From Microbacterium sp. (GTDB lineage Bacteria; Actinomycetota; Actinomycetes; Actinomycetales; Microbacteriaceae), in the NCBI GenBank assembly GCA_013823625.1, contig PNMM01000002.1, positions 577,061-641,060 of the forward strand: a stretch of DNA of 64,000 bases, in the 5' to 3' direction. This document shows, one piece after another, positions 55,256-64,000 of this stretch. The notes beneath the pieces were generated by a model. That model made no database searches. It worked only from the letters and a program-made list of their open reading frames with translations, and was not told where the DNA came from. The position numbers were made by a program, and so were the translations under genes. The first letter of the stretch is position 1; each line of letters begins with the position of its first letter.

Positions 55256-55342
55256 GTGTGTCTTCAGTTTACCGAACCAGTGTGCCCCGCGAGAGCGAGC
55301 TACCCTGCCCCGCACCGCGTAGCGTCGCGACCGCGTTCGTGA

Positions 55343-55382
55343 CGCGGAAGCGGCATCGCGCCGCAGAAGCGGCGGCGCGATC
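55343..55382. repeat. Second copy of the 40-nt hairpin repeat, 10 nt beyond the 3' end of tRNA-Ile
   Basis: CGCGGAAGCGGCATCGCGCCGCAGAAGCGGCGGCGCGATC. It has the same position relative to its tRNA as the copy at 55133-55172. Confidence 0.7.
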
Positions 55383-55392
55383 GATATTGCAG

Positions 55393-55466
55393 TGGGGATA
55401 CCAGGACTTGAACCTGGGACCTCTTCGTTATCAGCGAAGCGCTCTAACCGCCTGAGCTATATCCCC
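55393..55466 (-). tRNA. ileT: tRNA-Ile (anticodon GAT), CCA not encoded
   Basis: The reverse complement GGGGATATAGCTCAGGCGGTTAGAGCGCTTCGCTGATAACGAAGAGGTCCCAGGTTCAAGTCCTGGTATCCCCA has the anticodon loop CTGATAA. Confidence 0.9.
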
Positions 55467-55528
55467 GTGAGACCGGATACGACTGTACTGCATCCGGTCA
55501 CGCCCGCCCAATCGGGGCGGTCGATCGA

Positions 55529-55936
55529 TCAGTTGTTGGTGAAGCCGACGAGCAGTCCGCCGGTGAGGCGCACGCTCAAGTTGTAGAGCAGCGCGCTGAT
55601 GGCGCCAATGGCCGTGCCGACCACGATGTTGAGCAACGCGACGATCGTGGCGAAGAACATGACCTGGCCGAGCGAGAAGATCGCCGTGAAGCTCGTCGCT
55701 TCATCGCCGATGATGTCGGCCAGAACTGCGTCGACGTCTTGAATGACACCGAGCGAGTTCAACACGATCCACACAAACAGCGTGGCAACGACCAGCAAGA
55801 TGGCGCCGCAAATGGCGACCAAGAACGACAGCTTCACCGCCGACCAGAAGTCGATGTAGACGAGCTTGAGGCGAACCTGCTTCGTCGGGGCTTGGCGCTG
55901 CGACTTACGCTGCAGCTTCTCGGCGACTGTACTCAC
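55529..55936 (-). CDS. DUF3566-domain membrane protein (conserved downstream of gyrA in actinobacteria)
   Basis: 135 aa. [30 protein letters not shown] is followed by two further helices. The start overlaps the gyrA stop by 4 nt. Confidence 0.8.
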   Translation of the reverse strand: MSTVAEKLQRKSQRQAPTKQVRLKLVYIDFWSAVKLSFLVAICGAILLVVATLFVWIVLNSLGVIQDVDAVLADIIGDEATSFTAIFSLGQVMFFATIVALLNIVVGTAIGAISALLYNLSVRLTGGLLVGFTNN

Positions 55937-58542
55937 GCGTTCTCGTCCTTTCCACCCTCGGCCGCAGGTGCGGCTCCGGCGGTATCGGTGTCAGTGCTGG
56001 TATCGGTGTCCGTGCTGGTGTCAGTTTCGGGAGTGGTTTCGGCTTCAGCATCGGCATCAACGAGGTTGCGCTCGCTGTTGCGCGCGATGGCGATGATGCG
56101 GTCGTCGTCATCGGGGCGGGCGAACACGACCCCCATGGTGTCGCGGCCCTTGGCGGGCACTTCGGCCACCGAGGAGCGTACCACCTTGCCATTTTGCATA
56201 ACCACGAGCACCTCGTCGTCGTCGGCCACGATCAGGCCTCCGGCGAGCGCTCCGCGATCGTCACTCAGCTTGGCCACCTTGATGCCGAGGCCACCGCGTT
56301 GCTGCACGCGATACTGCTCAACTTCGGTGCGCTTCGCGTAGCCACCCTCGGTGACGACGAAGACATACCCGCGGTCGCCGACGACGGATGCTGACAACAA
56401 TTCGTCGCCCTCGCGAAACTTCATGCCCGTCACGCCCGAGGTCGAGCGCCCCATGGGCCGCAGTGCCGAGTCGTCAGCCGTGAACCGCAGTGACATGCCC
56501 CGTCGCGACACGAGCAGGATGTCGTCAGAGTCATCGGCGAGCATCGCCGACACGAGCTGGTCGCCCTCGCGAAGGTTGATGGCGATGATGCCGCCCGTGC
56601 GGTTGGTGTCGTATTCGGTCAAGGCCGTCTTCTTGACGAGGCCGTTGCGCGTTGCAAGCACGAGGTGCTGCGCCACTGAGTAGTCGCGAATGTCGAGAAT
56701 CTGGGCGATCTCTTCATCGGGCTGCAACGCCAGAAGGTTGGCGACGTGCTGGCCCTTCGCATCGCGCCCGGCTTCTTGCACCTCGTAGGCCTTGAGGCGA
56801 TACACCCGCCCAGTGGTCGTGAAAAACAACAGCCAGTGGTGGGTGGTCGTCACGAAGAAGTGCTCGACGACATCATCGGCGCGCAACTGCGCGCCCTTGA
56901 CACCCTTGCCGCCGCGGTGTTGCGAGCGATAGTTGTCGCTGCGCGTGCGCTTGATGTAGCCGCCACGCGTGACCGTGACGACCATTTCTTCGACGGGAAT
57001 CAGGTCTTCGACGCTCATGTCGCCGTCGAAGCCCATCATGATCTCGGTGCGTCGCTCATCGCCGTACTTGTCGACGATTTCGGTGAGCTCGTCGGAGACG
57101 ATCGTGCGCTGGCGCTCGGCGCTCGCGAGAATCGCCTGGTAGTCGGCGATGAGGCGCTCGAGTTCCTCTGCCTGATCCTGAATCTTCTGCCGTTCGAGCG
57201 CAGCGAGGCGACGAAGCTGCAGGTTGAGGATGGCCGTCGCTTGCAGCTCGTCAACATCGAGAAGCGCGATGAGGCCTTCGCGGGCTTCATCGACGGTGGG
57301 CGAGCGACGGATGAGGGCGATGACCTCGTCGAGGGCATCCAGCGCCTTGAGATAGCCCCGCAAAATGTGGGCGTCGGCCTCAGCCTTTGCAAGGCGGAAC
57401 GCCGTGCGGCGAACGATGACCTCGATCTGGTGCGAGACCCAGTAGGTGATGAAGCCGTCGATCGGCAGCGTGCGCGGCACGCCGTCGACGATCGCGAGCA
57501 TGTTGGCGCCGAAGTTGTCTTGCAACTGCGTGTGCTTGTAGAGGTTGTTGAGCACAACCTTCGCGACCGCATCACGCTTGAGCACAATGACGAGTCGCTG
57601 ACCGGTGCGGCCTGACGACTCATCGCGAATGTCAGCGATGCCGCCGAGCTTGCCCTCTTTCACGAGGTCGGCGATCTTGATCGCGAGGTTGTCGGGGTTG
57701 ACCTGGTAGGGCAGTTCGGTAATGACGAGGCACGTGCGGTTCTGAATCTCTTCGACCGTCACGACCGCGCGCATCGTGATCGAGCCACGGCCCGTTCGGT
57801 AGGCATCGTGGATGCCCTTGACCCCGAGAATCTGTGCGCCGGTGGGAAAGTCGGGGCCCTTGACGCGCTGCATGATCGCCTCGAGCAGGCTTTCGCGATC
57901 GGCCTCGGGGTTTTCGAGGTGCCAGAGCGCGGCCGCGGCCACTTCGCGCAGGTTGTGCGGAGGAATGTTGGTGGCCATACCCACCGCGATGCCCACCGAG
58001 CCATTGACGAGAAGGTTGGGGAATCGCGCCGGCAAAATGCTCGGCTCTTGCGTGCGGCCGTCGTAATTGTCTTGGAAGTCGACGGTGTCTTCTTCGATAT
58101 CCCGAACCATCTCCATGGCGAGCGGCGCCATTTTGGTTTCGGTGTATCGCGGTGCCGCAGCGCCGTCGTTGCCGGGCGAGCCAAAGTTGCCCTGTCCGGC
58201 GGCGAGCGGGTAGCGCATCGACCACGGCTGCACGAGGCGCACGAGGGCGTCGTAGATAGCCGAGTCACCGTGCGGATGAAACTGCCCCATGACATCGCCG
58301 ACGACACGCGAGCACTTTGAGTACGCCTTGTCGGGGCGGTAGCCGCCATCGAACATCGCGTAGATCACGCGACGGTGCACGGGCTTGAGGCCGTCGCGCA
58401 CATCGGGCAGGGCGCGGCCGACGATGACGCTCATCGCATAGTCGAGGTACGACCGCTGCATTTCGAGCTGGAGGTCAACCTGGTTGACGCGCCCGCCCGG
58501 TCCGTAGTCGACCGGCTCAGTGCCCGTGGTGTCGTCTGCCAT
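55933..58542 (-). CDS. gyrA: DNA gyrase subunit A
   Basis: 869 aa. Has DGLKPVHRR, the HPHGD.AIYD region, active-site Tyr context AAPRYTE, a GyrA-box-like [10 protein letters not shown], and an acidic Thr/Asp-rich C-terminal tail. Confidence 0.95.
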   Translation of the reverse strand: MADDTTGTEPVDYGPGGRVNQVDLQLEMQRSYLDYAMSVIVGRALPDVRDGLKPVHRRVIYAMFDGGYRPDKAYSKCSRVVGDVMGQFHPHGDSAIYDALVRLVQPWSMRYPLAAGQGNFGSPGNDGAAAPRYTETKMAPLAMEMVRDIEEDTVDFQDNYDGRTQEPSILPARFPNLLVNGSVGIAVGMATNIPPHNLREVAAAALWHLENPEADRESLLEAIMQRVKGPDFPTGAQILGVKGIHDAYRTGRGSITMRAVVTVEEIQNRTCLVITELPYQVNPDNLAIKIADLVKEGKLGGIADIRDESSGRTGQRLVIVLKRDAVAKVVLNNLYKHTQLQDNFGANMLAIVDGVPRTLPIDGFITYWVSHQIEVIVRRTAFRLAKAEADAHILRGYLKALDALDEVIALIRRSPTVDEAREGLIALLDVDELQATAILNLQLRRLAALERQKIQDQAEELERLIADYQAILASAERQRTIVSDELTEIVDKYGDERRTEIMMGFDGDMSVEDLIPVEEMVVTVTRGGYIKRTRSDNYRSQHRGGKGVKGAQLRADDVVEHFFVTTTHHWLLFFTTTGRVYRLKAYEVQEAGRDAKGQHVANLLALQPDEEIAQILDIRDYSVAQHLVLATRNGLVKKTALTEYDTNRTGGIIAINLREGDQLVSAMLADDSDDILLVSRRGMSLRFTADDSALRPMGRSTSGVTGMKFREGDELLSASVVGDRGYVFVVTEGGYAKRTEVEQYRVQQRGGLGIKVAKLSDDRGALAGGLIVADDDEVLVVMQNGKVVRSSVAEVPAKGRDTMGVVFARPDDDDRIIAIARNSERNLVDADAEAETTPETDTSTDTDTSTDTDTAGAAPAAEGGKDENA
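55981..56025. repeat. 18-nt tandem repeat (2.5 copies) encoding the (TDTS/TDTD) tail of GyrA
   Basis: GGTATCGGTGTCAGTGCT / GGTATCGGTGTCCGTGCT / GGTGTCAGT. Confidence 0.7.
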
Positions 58543-58600
58543 GAGGGGAATCCTTCGGTGGTGGTGAGATGGGAACGCAGCCTCGACTAGATGGCCGTTG

Positions 58601-60856
<2,256 letters not shown>

Positions 60857-61405
60857 TCAGCCGTAGGTGTCGCGGGGCCCTCGACCGGGCACCGATCGAG
60901 GCCCGCGCTTCCAGCTGGGCGCACCCGGGCCACTAAACCGGATGCTCGAGACCTCTGCATCGGGGTATCGACGCAGAATCGTCGTCAAGATTTCAGCTCG
61001 CATAATGCGCAATTGGGTGGCCCACGCCGTGGAATCGCACTGCACCGTGAGCACACCGTCGTCGATGCCGGCGGGCTCAGAGTGGGCCGCGATGTCTGAT
61101 CCCACCAACTCGGGCCACGCGGTCAGCAGCTCTCCGCGAGCGAGCGGCGACGTCCACCCCAGCGTGCGCGTCACCGACTCGAGAACATCGCCGAGATCTG
61201 AGGGGTCACGACCCACACCGAACGGAGCGGAATCACCCGGGATGCGCGTGATGCGTTTGCGAGCATCCGACGACCGCATCATTGGGTCGCCGAAGACCCG
61301 CCGCAGTCGGCGATAGACGGCGCTCGCTTCTGACTCGGTGGGGTCCCGGTCGGTCGACGCACTCGCTACCGGCTCGCTCGTGGGGGACGGATGGTCGACC
61401 ATCAC
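60857..61405 (-). CDS. dciA: DUF721-domain protein (DciA-like; position equivalent to Rv0004)
   Basis: 182 aa. LLTAWPELVG...GVLTVQCDSTAWATQLRIMRAEIL and a basic Gly/Pro/Arg C-terminal tail. The start overlaps the recF stop by 4 nt. Confidence 0.7.
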   Translation of the reverse strand: MMVDHPSPTSEPVASASTDRDPTESEASAVYRRLRRVFGDPMMRSSDARKRITRIPGDSAPFGVGRDPSDLGDVLESVTRTLGWTSPLARGELLTAWPELVGSDIAAHSEPAGIDDGVLTVQCDSTAWATQLRIMRAEILTTILRRYPDAEVSSIRFSGPGAPSWKRGPRSVPGRGPRDTYG

Positions 61406-62559
61406 CCCTCCTCCACAATTTCGCCCGACGCGATTCCGATGCGTGTGGCCGCGAGCCGCTCGGGCACATCTGCTCCGACCGCGGCAGTGATGAGCACTTG
61501 CTCAAAGCCACCCACGGCGTCGGCCAGCCGCTCTCGGCGGCCCTCGTCAAGCTCGGCAAAAACATCATCCAGGATCAAAACAGGATCGCCCGCAACGGCA
61601 TCGGCCCGCAAGACTTCGGCAGACGCAAGCTTCAGGGCGAGCGCGTATGACCAGCTTTCGCCGTGACTCGCATAGCCGCGAGCCGGCAAGCCATTGAGCT
61701 CGAGCACGAGGTCATCGCGATGCGGGCCGACGAGAGTAACGGCGCGATCGAGTTCTTCCCGTCGCCGGTCTGCCAGCCGCGACCGAAAACGCTCGGCGAT
61801 GTTCTCGGGCAAATCATTCGTGTCACCGAGCGGGCTCGCTGAAGCATCGTCGTCAATATCGACATCGACGCTCAACCGCACGCTCATGCGCGTGTGGTGA
61901 TCGTCGCCCGCCACCGCGCTGTAGGCGCGCGCAACGTGAGGACGCATTGCGTCGACGAGCTCAGCGCGAGCCACGATGAGCTCTGTGCCGAGCGCGACCA
62001 GCCGCTCATCCCACACGTCGAGTGTGCTCAGGCTGTCGGCAGCCAGCCGCGAGGCCCGAGCCGACTTGAGAAGCGAATTGCGTTGGCGGACAACGCGCTC
62101 GTAGTCACTGATCACGCTCGCGAAGCGAGGGGTGCGCTGCACGACAAGGGTGTCGAGAAAAGCTCTACGTCCGCCGGGATCGCCCCTGACGAGCGACAGG
62201 TCTTCGGGGGCGAAAATCACGCTGGCAAAGTACCGAGGCAACTCACGCAAACGAACAGGCGAGCGATTGACTTGCGCGCGGTTGGGCGATGAGCGATTGA
62301 GTTCGACTTCGATGACGACAGCGCGATCATCGTGCTGAACCCGAACACGTACGATCGCCGACTCGGAACCGAAGCGAATGAGCGCTTGATCGCTTGACAC
62401 GCGATGAGAGGCAGCCGAGCCGGCGTACGCGATTGCCTCGACCAGATTGGTTTTGCCCTGGCCGTTGCGACCCACGAACAACACTGCTCCCGGCGCGAGC
62501 GCAACATCGGCCCGAGCGTAGTTACGAAAGTCAGCGAGCGAGAGGTGCGTAACGTGCAC
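61402..62559 (-). CDS. recF: DNA replication/repair protein RecF
   Basis: MHVTHLSLADFRNY, Walker A GRNGQGKTNLVEA, signature SHGESWSYALALKLA, and Walker B ILILDDVFAELD. Confidence 0.95.
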   Translation of the reverse strand: MHVTHLSLADFRNYARADVALAPGAVLFVGRNGQGKTNLVEAIAYAGSAASHRVSSDQALIRFGSESAIVRVRVQHDDRAVVIEVELNRSSPNRAQVNRSPVRLRELPRYFASVIFAPEDLSLVRGDPGGRRAFLDTLVVQRTPRFASVISDYERVVRQRNSLLKSARASRLAADSLSTLDVWDERLVALGTELIVARAELVDAMRPHVARAYSAVAGDDHHTRMSVRLSVDVDIDDDASASPLGDTNDLPENIAERFRSRLADRRREELDRAVTLVGPHRDDLVLELNGLPARGYASHGESWSYALALKLASAEVLRADAVAGDPVLILDDVFAELDEGRRERLADAVGGFEQVLITAAVGADVPERLAATRIGIASGEIVEEG

Positions 62560-62564
62560 GCGCG

Positions 62565-63707
62565 TCAGCGCAGCAGCAGGTTGGGCTGCAGCAGGTAGCG
62601 ATAGTTGTCCGTGCCCGGCTGGTCTTTCGACGACTGACTCGTGATGAGCACCGGCCCCGGCTTATTGGGGTTGTCGGTTTTGGTGAACGAGATGCGCACG
62701 TATTCACTGTGCACGGCCGAGAGACCGTCGATGAGAAATTGCGGCTTGAGCGACACGGTGGTGTCGCCACCCGTGACGTGAGCGTCAATGGTTTCGGATG
62801 CTTGGGCGTTCTCTGAGCCGATCGCTTCGAGCGTGAGCCCGTCGTCAGAAAAGCTGTATCGCAAAGCGGCATCGCGCTCGAGCACGAGTTGAACGCGGCG
62901 GGTCGATTCAATGAGCTCAGCCGTGTTCATGACCGCGTAGTTGTCAACCGTTTCGGGGAACAACCGCTTTACCGGCGGGAAATTGCCCTTGATGAGCAAC
63001 GAGGTCACGGTCTTTTGGTCGGCAGAGAAAGCGATGAGCTCGCGATCGCCACCACTCACGATCGTGACCGTGACGGTCGAGGCGTGAGCGAAGATCTTGC
63101 CAATCTCAGAGAGAGTGCGCGACGGCACGAGAGCGGTAACGCCTTCGGCAACAGCGGATGACTCCCAATCAATTTCGCGAACCGCCACGCGGTATCGATC
63201 GGTGGCAACGAGCGACAAGCGATTGTCGGCAATCTCGAGCTGCACGCCAGTGATGACGGGGGTGACATCGTCACGCGACGCTGCGACGGCTACTTGGCCC
63301 ACCGCATCCGAAAAGGAGTCACCCGGGAGCACGCCACTGGGGCCGTCGACGACGGGCAAGCTCGGGTACTCCTCAACGGGCATGCTCGAGAGAGTGAATC
63401 GAGCAGAGCCACACCGAACGGCGATCTTGCCCTCATCGGTCGCAAACTCGACAGGTGCGTTCGGAAGACGCGATGCGATGTCGGCGAGCAATCTGCCCGA
63501 GACAAGAACGGTTCCGTCGTCAGAAACGTCAGCGGTGATCGAGGTCTGAGCCGAGACCTCGTAGTCGAATGATGAGAGGGTGACCGTCGAGCCTTCGGCC
63601 CGCAACAAGACGCCGCTCAAGATGGGCAGCGTCGTGCGCTGCGGCAGAAGTTTCACGGCGAAAGACACTGCTTCGCTGAACACGTCGCGATTGACCTGGA
63701 ACTTCAC
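62565..63707 (-). CDS. dnaN: DNA polymerase III beta sliding clamp
   Basis: ORF 62565-63761, trimmed to GTG 63707 (RBS GAGGGAG). VKFQVNRDVFSEAVSFAVKLLPQRTTLPILSGVLL is a canonical DnaN start. Has three-domain length. Confidence 0.95.
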   Translation of the reverse strand: MKFQVNRDVFSEAVSFAVKLLPQRTTLPILSGVLLRAEGSTVTLSSFDYEVSAQTSITADVSDDGTVLVSGRLLADIASRLPNAPVEFATDEGKIAVRCGSARFTLSSMPVEEYPSLPVVDGPSGVLPGDSFSDAVGQVAVAASRDDVTPVITGVQLEIADNRLSLVATDRYRVAVREIDWESSAVAEGVTALVPSRTLSEIGKIFAHASTVTVTIVSGGDRELIAFSADQKTVTSLLIKGNFPPVKRLFPETVDNYAVMNTAELIESTRRVQLVLERDAALRYSFSDDGLTLEAIGSENAQASETIDAHVTGGDTTVSLKPQFLIDGLSAVHSEYVRISFTKTDNPNKPGPVLITSQSSKDQPGTDNYRYLLQPNLLLR

Positions 63708-63761
63708 GCGGCTCCCTCTCGGTCGACCTGCCCCGGCACCCGGGGCCTTCCATACTGGCAC

Positions 63762-64000
63762 AGCACGTGTGCGGGCGGTTGACGAGCTGCGACTCTCAAA
63801 AAGTTATCTCTCATCATTCATTGAAGAGAAGAAAAGAACACCATCATTAACCGCTGTGCACACTGTGCATAAGGTCGTCGATTGACCGTCTTCGTGCGGA
63901 ACTACACGCGTGCAAGATGTGGAATGTCGGTGGATGCTCGCTCACCCTTCGGGGGAGAACTACTTTCAAGCCCCGACGACTTTCACACCTCGGCGGCGAT
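63762..64000. other. oriC: Partial chromosomal replication origin (dnaA-dnaN intergenic oriC), truncated by window edge
   Basis: An AT-rich 58-nt stretch lies at 63794-63852 in an otherwise ~70% GC sequence. DnaA-box-like 9-mers are TGTGCACAC (63855), TGTGCATAA (63864), TGTGGAATG (63918) and GGTGGATGC (63929). Position is directly upstream of dnaN. Confidence 0.7.

Noticed and set aside
55183-55466. tRNA-Ile/tRNA-Ala pair as remnant of an rRNA operon spacer
   Set aside because: No 16S- or 23S-like sequence flanks them. A standalone ileT-alaT pair downstream of gyrA/DUF3566 is the normal arrangement near actinobacterial origins.

Overview
High-GC (roughly 70%) actinobacterial chromosome. The gene order looks Micrococcales/Microbacteriaceae-like, but I cannot confirm that without a database search. 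The window is the origin-proximal region in reverse orientation.

Main content:
- Right end: part of the dnaA-dnaN intergenic oriC (AT-rich stretch plus DnaA-box-like 9-mers), followed on the minus strand by dnaN, recF, a DUF721/DciA-like gene, gyrB, gyrA, DUF3566, tRNA-Ile(GAT) and tRNA-Ala(TGC).
- Middle: the conserved cell-wall/division signalling block, namely tRNA-Leu(CAG), fhaA, fhaB, pstP, rodA, pbpA, pknA and pknB (plus strand), then trpG/pabA, a class E sortase, crgA, a rhomboid protease and ppiA.
- Left 36 kb: housekeeping and accessory metabolism. This includes pfkA, hemD, hemY-type oxidase, corA, trkAH, nucS, an M13 peptidase, MFS transporters, an ALDH plus GMC oxidoreductase pair, and a copper P-type ATPase with a CopZ-like chaperone.

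I found no CRISPR array, IS element, integrase, prophage or recognisable defence island. Most long antisense ORFs in the track are high-GC artefacts.

The most system-like loci that remain unexplained:
1. A four-gene minus-strand operon at 49.6-52.9 kb. It encodes a NOX-like bis-heme ferric-reductase domain fused to a PDR-type flavin/2Fe-2S reductase, an orphan ApbE flavin transferase and two low-complexity exported proteins. A two-component system is transcribed divergently from it.
2. A copper locus in which copA and copZ carry near-identical CsoR-type operator plus leaderless-promoter modules. They flank an LAATG sortase-anchored surface protein of unknown function.
3. An inverted cluster of DnaA-box-like 9-mers in a promoterless convergent spacer next to crgA.
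4. A DUF3618 / holin-X / YtxH membrane triad embedded between two heme-biosynthesis genes.

All family assignments come from reading motifs by eye. No searches were run.
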